Origin: an uncultured bacterium
GTDB lineage: Bacteria > Chlamydiota > Chlamydiia > Chlamydiales > SM23-39
Length of the DNA stretch: 64,000 nucleotides
Assembly (NCBI GenBank): GCA_963716985.1
Contig: OY970323.1
Location: forward strand, 160,001-224,000
Direction of reading: 5' to 3'
The translations under genes were made by a program, and so were the position numbers. How positions within the stretch are numbered: the stretch's first letter is position 1; each line of letters starts with the position of its first letter. Below are positions 7,769 through 16,168 of this stretch, one piece after another. The notes beneath the pieces were generated by a model that was given only the letters and a program-made list of their open reading frames with translations, was not told where the DNA came from and ran no database searches.

Positions 7769-9997
7769 ATGAAAAAGCTACTTTTTGCTCTAGTTTTCTT
7801 GGCCGCAGCTCTTTTTGCAAGTGAAGAGAACAATGCCCTTTTCGAAGAAAAAGCAGGCGTTTTGAATCAAGAATTGATGCAGCTTCGCTTTGAGCTGAAA
7901 GGGCATTATCAAAAAGCTGCACAACTTTTTGACAAGCACGCGGAAGAAAAGGAATATAAAGCTCTTCTTGAAACAATCAAAGAGACCAGGTCCAAGATCG
8001 AGGAAAAAGAAAAGTTGTGGCGCTCTTCTTTTATCGGAGGCAAGGAGAATAATGAGGAGGAGCCTTATGGCTTTTGGGATCAGGGAGAGACGACTCTTTC
8101 TCAGCTGATCATGGAATATGGGTCCTGCGATTTTCTCTACATTATCCCCTTGGAGATAGGTTCGATCAAAATTCATATGTGCTCGAATATTCCGATCCCT
8201 AAAGAGAGCTGGAATGAGATGATCGAGCTGATTCTTCTCCACAATGGAATCGGAATAAAAAAATTGGGCTCTTACTTGCGCCAGGTTTTTATTCTCAAAC
8301 ATGATCTGATGAATATTGAAGCGGTGGCCAAGTCGTTGGATGATTTGAAGCATCTCTCCGGCCTCTCTTCTGTTTTTTATGTCTTTTCCGCACCGTTGGA
8401 ACAGCTGCGCTCCGTGCAGGCTTTTTTTGAACGCTTTGCAGATCCCAAACAAACGACGATTCAGGTAGTAGGAAGCAAAATCGTTCTCATTGCCACGAAA
8501 GAATCCATTGAAAAATTATTGGAAATTTATAGCGTCATTTGGGGCAAAGAACAGGAAAAGATTGTGCGGATTTTTCCTTTAAAAAAGATCCAGGGAGCAG
8601 AGGCGGAAAAAATTTTGAAAACCTTTTTCCAAGAATCTGCAAGCAAAAACCGCCCTTCGTTTTACAATGCCCAGATCGAGGAGCTTACCATCATCTCTCT
8701 TCCTCCCGGCTCATCGCTTGTCTTGGTGGGCACGTTCGCTCTGGTAGAAAAAGCAGAAAAAATTTTGAAGGAGCTGGAGGAGGGGTTGCAAGAAAGCAGC
8801 GAGATGACCATTTTTTGGTATGCATGCAAACATTCGGCGCCTGAAGATTTGGCCCATATTTTGGAAGGGCTTTATTCCTCCATGAGCAAGAGCCCGTTTG
8901 CGGATGAAGAAAGGCCGTCTTCGGCCGAGGTTGGAGCGAATGCTCCCGATCTTCCCGTCTCCACTTCCTTCGTTCAACCGACAAAAATGGAGCAGCGCAA
9001 GGGTTTAGTAAAAGGAAATATCGTGGTCGACTCGAAGACGGGCTCTCTTTTTATGGCGGTGCGGAAAGAAGAATTGCCGAAAATACAGATGCTCTTGGAA
9101 AAGCTGGATGTCCCCAAAAAGATGGTGCAGATCGATGTGATGCTCATCGAAAAAAAACTTCTGGACCATAGCCAAACGGGCATTAATCTGCTCAAAATTG
9201 GATCCTCGCACAACGTAAAAGAAACCGCTCTTTCTTTTGACGGCTCTTCCAAAGCGAGCAAAAAGGGGATTTTAGATTTCATTCTCTCGCGCCCCAAGGG
9301 AACTCTTCCCTCGTTTGATCTTTTGGCAAGTTTTTTGATGGCGCAAGAAGATTTGCGCATCAATGCAAACCCCTCTGTTTTGGCCGTAAATCAAACCCCT
9401 GCCACGATTTCTATCGTAGAGGAAATCTCGATCAACAACGGCGCAATTCCCGTGGAGGCAGGGCAAAATAATTCCTATAAAAATTCTTATACGCGCGCCC
9501 AATATGGAATCCAGATTTCTCTTTTACCGATTATCCATCTATCCGAAGAAGAGGGAGAAAGGGGATTCATCACGATTCAGACCAAAGTGTCGTTTGACAC
9601 AACTCATGCATCTGAAGAGGATCGCCCGCCCGTGACGCGGCGTCAAATTGAAAATGAAGTTTGCGTCTCCGACGGGGAGACGATTATCCTTGGAGGGTTG
9701 AAAAGAAATTCGATCGAGGAGAATCGAGAAAAAATTCCATTTTTAGGAGACATTCCCGGCATCGGAAAGCTTTTTGGAACGAATAAAAGAAACAATAGCA
9801 CGACGGAAATGTTCATCTTCATCACGCCTCACATCGTGGGGGATACCAAAGAGGAGCAAAAAAAACTCAGGCAAGAGTCGCTGCAAAAAAGACCGGGAGA
9901 TCTTCCCGAGTTTCTCGAAAAACTCTACGAGGCAAAGGATTTGCAAAAGAAAAAGCTTTTTGAAAAAAGCTTAAGGCTCCTATGGGATCGAACCTAA
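7769..9997 (+). CDS. gspD: Type II secretion secretin GspD
   Basis: Signal peptide; LDVPKKMVQIDV; GETIILGGL; KIPFLGDIPGIGKLF; EMFIFITPHI. Confidence 0.93.
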   Translation: MKKLLFALVFLAAALFASEENNALFEEKAGVLNQELMQLRFELKGHYQKAAQLFDKHAEEKEYKALLETIKETRSKIEEKEKLWRSSFIGGKENNEEEPYGFWDQGETTLSQLIMEYGSCDFLYIIPLEIGSIKIHMCSNIPIPKESWNEMIELILLHNGIGIKKLGSYLRQVFILKHDLMNIEAVAKSLDDLKHLSGLSSVFYVFSAPLEQLRSVQAFFERFADPKQTTIQVVGSKIVLIATKESIEKLLEIYSVIWGKEQEKIVRIFPLKKIQGAEAEKILKTFFQESASKNRPSFYNAQIEELTIISLPPGSSLVLVGTFALVEKAEKILKELEEGLQESSEMTIFWYACKHSAPEDLAHILEGLYSSMSKSPFADEERPSSAEVGANAPDLPVSTSFVQPTKMEQRKGLVKGNIVVDSKTGSLFMAVRKEELPKIQMLLEKLDVPKKMVQIDVMLIEKKLLDHSQTGINLLKIGSSHNVKETALSFDGSSKASKKGILDFILSRPKGTLPSFDLLASFLMAQEDLRINANPSVLAVNQTPATISIVEEISINNGAIPVEAGQNNSYKNSYTRAQYGIQISLLPIIHLSEEEGERGFITIQTKVSFDTTHASEEDRPPVTRRQIENEVCVSDGETIILGGLKRNSIEENREKIPFLGDIPGIGKLFGTNKRNNSTTEMFIFITPHIVGDTKEEQKKLRQESLQKRPGDLPEFLEKLYEAKDLQKKKLFEKSLRLLWDRT

Positions 9998-11547
9998 AAA
10001 CCAGAGAATCTATCGGCGCATTTTTCGGAATGGACGCTGCGAAGGATCTCTTTGACTTTCCCTTCGTAAAAGAGCGCGTTTTCAAGATCGAGTATGCCTT
10101 TGCAAAAGAATACCAAGTGCTGCCTTTGCAAGAGGATGAAAAGAAGATCTGGGTTGCTGTTGTGGATCCTTTTCATTTGGAGCCGCTCGATGAACTTCGC
10201 CTCCTTTTAAAAAAGGAGATCAAGCCCGTTCTTACTTCCAAGAGCTCTTTAGAACAGGCCCTACAGCAGTGTTATCATCAAAATGAGGAAGAGACGAAAC
10301 GACTCTTGTCCCCCTTGGTGAAAAACAGGGAGGAAAAAACGGATGGAAGCGAGGGGTATGATCTTTTGGAAAAAAAAGAGGAAGGCTCCGTCATTCGCAT
10401 GCTCAACGCGATTCTCATTGAGGCTATTCAGGAAGGAGCGTCCGATATCCATTTTGAGCCCCAAGCAGAAGGGATGCACGTGCGCTATCGCATCGATGGA
10501 ATGCTTCTAAAAAGACATGAATTTCCGAAAGAGCATCAGTCTCAAATTCTGACGCGCATCAAAGTTTTATCTCAGCTCGATATTGCAGAACATCGCCTGC
10601 CTCAAGATGGAAGGGTCAAGTTGAAGATGGGGGGAAGAGAGATCGATTTTCGCGTGAGCACCATTCCCGTCATTTACGGAGAGCGGGCCGTGCTGCGTAT
10701 CCACGACCGCAGCCAAGCTCTTTTTGGCCTTGAGCATCTTGGCATGGGGGAAAAAATCTTAAACTCCTTTCGGAGACAGATTCGCTTTTCTGAAGGGATT
10801 GTCCTTGTCACAGGTCCGACCGGAAGCGGAAAAACAACGACGCTTTACAGCGCTCTTCACGAGATCCATTCTTCAGAAAAAAACATCATGACGATCGAAG
10901 ATCCCGTAGAGTTTAAAATCCCTCGCATCGCACAGATCGGAGTTAACCCTAAGATTTCGCTCACCTTTGGAATGGGACTTCGCCATATTTTGCGGCAAGA
11001 TCCCGATGTGATCATGATTGGAGAAATTCGCGATCGAGAAACTGCAGAAATCGCCATCCAGGCGGCTTTGACGGGCCATCTGGTTTTGAGCACTCTGCAT
11101 ACCAACGACGCTCCCTCGGCAATCGTGCGTCTGGTCGACATGGGAATCGAGCCCTATCTTCTCACCTCCTCCATCGTGGCTGTTTTGGCGCAAAGATTAG
11201 TTCGAAAAATTTGTCCCTCTTGCCGCACGAAATACACACCGACGGCCGAGGAATTAAAAAAATTGGGAATAAAAAAAGAAAACGCAAGAGAGATGCAGTT
11301 TTTTTACGGCAAGGGGTGCGAGGAGTGTTTTCAAACCGGATTTAAGGGAAGGCATGGAATTTATGAGCTCATGGAGATGAGCGCCTCTATGAAGAAGCAG
11401 GTCCTCAAAGGGCCCCAAGCAGAAGAGATCAAAGCCATCGCGCTTTCTGAAGAGATGGTCGATCTTTTTCACTCGGGTGTTGCGCTTGTTTGCCTTGGGA
11501 TAACCACATTGAGCGAAGTGCTTCGCGTTACGCAGATGCAAAGATGA
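9982..11547 (+). CDS. gspE: Type II secretion ATPase GspE (start may be ATG 10030)
   Basis: ASDIHFEP, RLPQDGR, Walker A GPTGSGKT, LRQDPDVIMIGEIRD, tetra-Cys motif. Confidence 0.95.
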   Translation: MGSNLKTRESIGAFFGMDAAKDLFDFPFVKERVFKIEYAFAKEYQVLPLQEDEKKIWVAVVDPFHLEPLDELRLLLKKEIKPVLTSKSSLEQALQQCYHQNEEETKRLLSPLVKNREEKTDGSEGYDLLEKKEEGSVIRMLNAILIEAIQEGASDIHFEPQAEGMHVRYRIDGMLLKRHEFPKEHQSQILTRIKVLSQLDIAEHRLPQDGRVKLKMGGREIDFRVSTIPVIYGERAVLRIHDRSQALFGLEHLGMGEKILNSFRRQIRFSEGIVLVTGPTGSGKTTTLYSALHEIHSSEKNIMTIEDPVEFKIPRIAQIGVNPKISLTFGMGLRHILRQDPDVIMIGEIRDRETAEIAIQAALTGHLVLSTLHTNDAPSAIVRLVDMGIEPYLLTSSIVAVLAQRLVRKICPSCRTKYTPTAEELKKLGIKKENAREMQFFYGKGCEECFQTGFKGRHGIYELMEMSASMKKQVLKGPQAEEIKAIALSEEMVDLFHSGVALVCLGITTLSEVLRVTQMQR

Positions 11548-11553
11548 GGATCG

Positions 11554-12738
11554 ATGGCTCTTTTTTCTTATAAAACTATAAATGAAAACGGAAAAAAAAC
11601 AACAGGCATGCTCCATGCGGAAAGCATCGGACACGCCCGCTCTCTTTTATTGCAGCGGAAAATATTGGTGACATCCCTGCAGATTTTGCCGGAAAGAAAA
11701 AGAGAGCGGGTGTTGCAAAAAAAGGATCTGCTCTCTTTCACGCGGCAAACGGCAAAGCTCTTAAAAGCGGGACTGCCCCTTTATGAAACGATTCTTTCTT
11801 TAGAAGAAAAATATCGCACTTCCCATCTGCAATCCTTTCTTCTCGATCTTACCGAAAAGCTCAAGGCGGGCCGTTCTTTTTCCGAAGCTCTTGCAATGCA
11901 TCCGAAAAATTTTGATTTTCTCTATTGTGCGATGGTAGCCAATGCGGAAAAAACGGGCTCTCTGGAACAAACTCTTGAAGAGATTGCCAATCTCCTCGAG
12001 AGAGGGGAAAAGCTGAAAGGCCAGCTTGTTTCTACTCTTATCTACCCCTCTTTTCTCTTAGGCTTTAGTCTGATGGTGGTTTGCTCTCTGCTTTTTTACA
12101 TCATTCCCTCTCTTTTTGAATTATTCGAGGGCAGGGCCCTGCATCCGCTCACGCAATGCATCCTTTCTTGCAGCCATTTTGCGATTTCCCATAAATTAGC
12201 GATCCTATCGGTTTTTGTTGTATCTCTCGCTTCATTGAGCCTCTGCTTTTTTTCCCAAAAAATAAAAGAGAGATTCGGGCGCATTTTCTTGCGCCTGCCC
12301 TTTGTGAAAAGCCTGATGCTTAAAGTGGGTTTTGTTCGTTACTTTCGCTCATTATCCGCCCTGCTCCAAGGCGGCGTTCCTCTTTTAGATGCACTCAAGC
12401 TTTCGCGAAGCGTGATGCTTCATTCTCTTTTAGACCGGCAGATGAAGGAAGCGGAAAGGCGCGTGAGAGAAGGGTGGCTTTTGAGCGTTCATTTGGAAAA
12501 AAGTTCTCTCGTTCCTCAGTGGGTCTGCCGGATGGTCGGTGTTGCTGAAAAGACGGGAGATTTGCAGAACATGCTGCGCCACATTGCCGACATTTATGAG
12601 GAGGAGCTGGAAAAAAGTCTTGCACAAATATCAACGTTTCTTCAGCCTCTTCTCCTACTCATATTAGGAGTGATCGTGGGAGTCGTTGTTTTATCCGTTC
12701 TCATTCCTTTAACTGACGTAAGTTCATTTTCAGGTTAA
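11554..12738 (+). CDS. gspF: Type II secretion inner-membrane platform protein GspF
   Basis: LLKAGLPL, two GspF domains with AEKTG motifs, three TM segments; operon context. Confidence 0.92.
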   Translation: MALFSYKTINENGKKTTGMLHAESIGHARSLLLQRKILVTSLQILPERKRERVLQKKDLLSFTRQTAKLLKAGLPLYETILSLEEKYRTSHLQSFLLDLTEKLKAGRSFSEALAMHPKNFDFLYCAMVANAEKTGSLEQTLEEIANLLERGEKLKGQLVSTLIYPSFLLGFSLMVVCSLLFYIIPSLFELFEGRALHPLTQCILSCSHFAISHKLAILSVFVVSLASLSLCFFSQKIKERFGRIFLRLPFVKSLMLKVGFVRYFRSLSALLQGGVPLLDALKLSRSVMLHSLLDRQMKEAERRVREGWLLSVHLEKSSLVPQWVCRMVGVAEKTGDLQNMLRHIADIYEEELEKSLAQISTFLQPLLLLILGVIVGVVVLSVLIPLTDVSSFSG

Positions 12739-12753
12739 AAATAGGAGAATCTT

Positions 12754-13176
12754 ATGATCTATCAAAGAGAAAAAAGAGCGTTCTCTCTTTCCATTTTGGA
12801 AATCATGATTGTCATTCTTTTGATTTCTATCATAGGGGGCGCCATTGGGTATAATCTAAAAGGCAGTCTTGACAAGGGAAAAGCGTTTAAAACCGTACAA
12901 GCGAAAGAGCAGCTTCGAGATCTTCTTCTTCTCTGTGTGGCGGAAGGGAAAGCAACCATGGAAAGAGCCGCCAAAGAACCTGAGCAATGTTTGAAACAGA
13001 TGGACCTTGCAAAGAAACCAGACGAGCTGGTCAAAGATGGATGGGGCGTTCTTTTTGAAATTAAAGTGGAAAGCGGGAATGCCGATTTTAAAATTACATC
13101 CAAGGCGCATGAGAAATATATCAAAGATCATGAGGAGAAAAAAGAAAAGAGCGCACCTAAAGACGATCAGACATGA
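12754..13176 (+). CDS. Major pseudopilin-like protein (GspG-like)
   Basis: Basic leader then hydrophobic helix with Glu (ILEIMIVILLI); DGWG motif near the C-terminus; follows gspF. Confidence 0.75.
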   Translation: MIYQREKRAFSLSILEIMIVILLISIIGGAIGYNLKGSLDKGKAFKTVQAKEQLRDLLLLCVAEGKATMERAAKEPEQCLKQMDLAKKPDELVKDGWGVLFEIKVESGNADFKITSKAHEKYIKDHEEKKEKSAPKDDQT

Positions 13177-13703
13177 TCCTCTTTCGGAAGATCGCTTTTT
13201 TCTCCCTGATGGAAATCCTCATCGTCCTCTCGCTGATCCTTCTTGTGGGCAGCGTTTCCACCTTTTATATGCATGATGCTTTGCGCCTGCGCCGTTTTGA
13301 AGCCAATCGCAAAAGCCTCCAATATATGATCTGCTTTTGTCGCGAGATGGCGATGACTCACCAAGTGGATATCCAATGGGTCATCGAACAGGATCTTCGC
13401 GTCCCTAATCTGGTTTGTCGGATTTTTTGTGAAGAGGATCAAAAAGCCCTTTTGTATTTTGCAAATAAAAAGAGTTCCTTTGCGCCTCTTTTTTTTGCCG
13501 GACCAAACAGTTCGCCTTCCTATGCGTGCACGTTTTATTCTTCCGGTTTTGTGGAAGCCAATATGCAGATTTCAGATGGGAAAAGAACATGTGCTCTTTC
13601 TTTTCCGTTTTTTATCAAACCAATCGATGGGTCCAAACCACCGCATCCTTTCTCATTTAAAAAAAAGAGAGAGGTTTTTTTTGTGCCCAATCGGGGATCC
13701 TAA
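13173..13703 (+). CDS. Minor pseudopilin-like protein
   Basis: FSLMEILIVLSLI type IV pilin-like N-terminus; ATGA overlap with the previous gene. Confidence 0.7.
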   Translation: MILFRKIAFFSLMEILIVLSLILLVGSVSTFYMHDALRLRRFEANRKSLQYMICFCREMAMTHQVDIQWVIEQDLRVPNLVCRIFCEEDQKALLYFANKKSSFAPLFFAGPNSSPSYACTFYSSGFVEANMQISDGKRTCALSFPFFIKPIDGSKPPHPFSFKKKREVFFVPNRGS

Positions 13704-14161
13704 AAATCCCCTTGTTAAAAAAAAATGTTTTTTATATACTAAACACACTTTTTTATTTACGAAGGAGGTTGAGAATATGTTTAAGCTTGTTGAAAGTGAT
13801 CGTCCGCCGTCAAATGTTACGGGGCTTCCCGGTATTGGTATTAGAGGAGAAATGGTGGTCTTTGGAGTTTTGGCGTGTGTTGGTATTGGCGCCATAGGAG
13901 CTCCGGCTGTAAGTGCTATAGGCGCCGGGGTTGGGATCCTTTACGCGGTTGGCAATGTGTACGACCGTATTATCGCAAAATGGGATGCGGACAGGACTGC
14001 GCAAAAAAAGGGTCGAACAAGTCCTTTGGGCATTTGTGCAATTTGTGTGATCGTTGCTGCCGGAACTACAGCTATTGTGAATTTTGTGAGTTTGAAAATT
14101 TTTGGGAATGGGTCTGATTCTCGAAAATCGTAGTCAATAACCGTTGTTTGTGTTTGAAGGA
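13517..14161 (+). repeat. Duplicated segment, copy 1 (pseudopilin 3' end + small membrane gene)
   Basis: Closely similar to 15348-15988 along its whole length. Confidence 0.9.
13777..14133 (+). CDS. Small Gly-rich membrane protein, paralog A1 (118 aa)
   Basis: AAGGAGG RBS then ATG 13777; hydrophobic hairpin plus C-terminal TM; paralog at 15604. Confidence 0.7.
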   Translation: MFKLVESDRPPSNVTGLPGIGIRGEMVVFGVLACVGIGAIGAPAVSAIGAGVGILYAVGNVYDRIIAKWDADRTAQKKGRTSPLGICAICVIVAAGTTAIVNFVSLKIFGNGSDSRKS

Positions 14162-14191
14162 TTAAAGTCTTTTTACAAAGGAGATTGTCTT

Positions 14192-14506
14192 ATGTGCTTT
14201 GTTGATGGTGAGTATCGGTTTTCGCATGAAAGACATCGCGGGAGATTTTCGCCAGACGATGGATTTATCTTTGGCGGCATAGTGGCGCAGCTTGTTGATG
14301 TTGCTGTATTTATATTCACTAGCCCGGGAACGTGGTTCGCTACTCAGGCTCCTGCTCCTAAAGCATCTTTTGCTAAAAGAGTTCTTCTTTCTATGCGTGC
14401 ACGTTTTACTCTTCCGGTTTTGTGGAAGACAAAATGCAAATCTCAGATGAGAGAAGGGAATGATTTCTTTCTTTTCCGTTTTTTATCAAACCAATTGATG
14501 TTATAA
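14192..14506 (+). pseudogene. Chimeric or truncated paralog B1 of the 14520 gene, fused to an out-of-frame pseudopilin fragment
   Basis: 14177-14341 matches 14505-14669; 14375-14500 is a diverged third copy of pseudopilin DNA. Confidence 0.6.
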
Positions 14507-14519
14507 AGGAGGTTGTCTT

Positions 14520-15020
14520 ATGGGCTTTTTTATTGATGGTGAGTATCGGTTGCCTCATAATAAATATCGCAGGGGATCTTCAGACGATGGATTTGGCTTG
14601 GGCGGTATGGTGGCGCTGATTGTTGACGTTGCTGTATTTATATTCACTAGCCCGGGAACGTGGTTCGCTCCTTCTCCTGCGCCGCCACCGAGTCAAGGAT
14701 GGCTTTCGTCAATCTTTTTTTCTCGTCCTGCACCGCCACCGAGTAGAGGATGGTTTTCTTGGATTTTTTCTTCTGCACCGCCGCCTCCTCCCAAGGGATG
14801 GTGGGCCCGCCTCACTGCTTCGGCTCCCGAAGAGACGGGGGGATTAGATGGAGGTGGAAACAGACATCCAGATAACTACTATCCGGGATATCATTACCCC
14901 CTACCTACAAAGAAAGAGCGTCAGATACATCAGCCAAGAAATGAGCCGGGGCCCGTAGATGTTCTCCCTCCGCCGTTGGATCTGCCAGATGACGGCCTAA
15001 CATCTTGCTCGGTCATGTGA
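14520..15020 (+). CDS. Pro-rich orphan protein B2 with one TM and three PPPxxGW repeats
   Basis: AAGGAGG RBS; APPPSQGWLSSIF / APPPSRGWFSWIF / PPPPKGWWARL; followed by a terminator. Confidence 0.65.
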   Translation: MGFFIDGEYRLPHNKYRRGSSDDGFGLGGMVALIVDVAVFIFTSPGTWFAPSPAPPPSQGWLSSIFFSRPAPPPSRGWFSWIFSSAPPPPPKGWWARLTASAPEETGGLDGGGNRHPDNYYPGYHYPLPTKKERQIHQPRNEPGPVDVLPPPLDLPDDGLTSCSVM

Positions 15021-15050
15021 TAGTTTTGGATTTTTTTTCTTGCGTAAATT

Positions 15051-15088
15051 AAGATAGGCTTCTTATGGGATAGCCTATCTTTTTTTTT
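15051..15088 (+). terminator. Rho-independent terminator (copy 1)
   Basis: AAGATAGGCT...AGCCTATCTT stem followed by a T run. Confidence 0.75.
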
Positions 15089-15347
15089 AAGTAGATGGCT
15101 TTTTGAAATTTTTCTTATCTCGATTTATGAGGGCAGTGCGATTGCACAAGAAGTGGATTTGATTCAGGTAGAAAAAGATTCTCCGGCTTATCAAAAATGG
15201 CCCTCCCCGCCAAAACTTCTGAGGTTGTCTTCAGAAAATCAATCTGCCCAAAACACAACAAATGTAGTGCCGCAAACCATTTAATTTTTTTGCAACACGC
15301 TTATCTATAGCAACATGCGTTTTTTTGGTGTCAAGCTCGGGAAAGAG

Positions 15348-15988
15348 TTCCTATGCGTGCACGTTTTACTCTTCCGGTTTTGTGGAAGCCAATATGCAGA
15401 TTTCAGATGGGAAAAGAACATGTGCTCTTTCTTTTCCGTTTTTTATCAAACCAATCGATGGGTCCAAACCACCGCATCCTTTCTCATTTAAAAAAAAGAG
15501 AAGTTTTTTTGTGCCGGATCGGGGATCCTAAAAATCCCCTTGTTAAAAAAAATGTTTTTTATATACTGAACCCGCTTTTTTATTTACAAAGGAGAGTGAG
15601 AGTATGTTTGTGTCTGTTGAGAGTGATCGTCCGCCGTCAAATGTTACGGGGCTTCCCGGTATTGGTATTAGAGGAGAAATGGTGGTCTTTGGGGTTTTGG
15701 CGGCTGTTGGTATTGGTGCCATAGGAGCTCCAGCTGTGAGTGCTATAGGAGTCGGGGCTGGGATCATTTATGCGGTTGGCAATGTATACAGCCGTATTAT
15801 CAAAAAATGGGATATGGAGAGGACTGCGCAAAAAAAGGGTCAAACAAGTCCTTTGGGCATTTGTGCAATTTGTGTGATCATTGCTGCCGGAACTGCAGCT
15901 GTTGTGAATTTTGTGAGTTTGAAAATTTTTGGGAACGGATCTGATTCTCGAAAATCGTAGTCAATAGCCGTTGTTTGTGTTTGAAGGA
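15348..15988 (+). repeat. Duplicated segment, copy 2
   Basis: Closely similar to 13517-14161. Confidence 0.9.
15604..15960 (+). CDS. Small Gly-rich membrane protein, paralog A2 (118 aa)
   Basis: AAGGAG RBS; same length as A1 and highly similar; frame intact in both. Confidence 0.7.
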   Translation: MFVSVESDRPPSNVTGLPGIGIRGEMVVFGVLAAVGIGAIGAPAVSAIGVGAGIIYAVGNVYSRIIKKWDMERTAQKKGQTSPLGICAICVIIAAGTAAVVNFVSLKIFGNGSDSRKS

Positions 15989-16083
15989 AAGAGAGGAGCG
16001 GGAAAGATCGCGCCGGATACGGCGAAATTACTCCAGTTTGCGTAATCCAGTGATAGTTTTGGATTTTTTTTCTTGCGTAAATT

Positions 16084-16121
16084 AAGATAGGCTTCTTAAG
16101 AGATAGCCTATCTTTTTTTTT
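16084..16121 (+). terminator. Rho-independent terminator (copy 2)
   Basis: AAGATAGGCT...AGCCTATCTT stem followed by a T run. Confidence 0.75.
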
Positions 16122-16168
16122 AAGTAGATGGCTTTTTGAAATTTTTCTTATCTCGATTTGGAGGGCTC

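Noticed and set aside
13429..13776. N-terminal extension of the 234-aa ORF in the track
   Set aside because: Overlaps the pseudopilin out of frame; the RBS and the paralog both point to ATG 13777.
15201..15347. Unique spacer between duplicated blocks ending TGTCAAGCTCGGG, vaguely like an IS end
   Set aside because: No partner inverted repeat or TSD found; cannot be supported.
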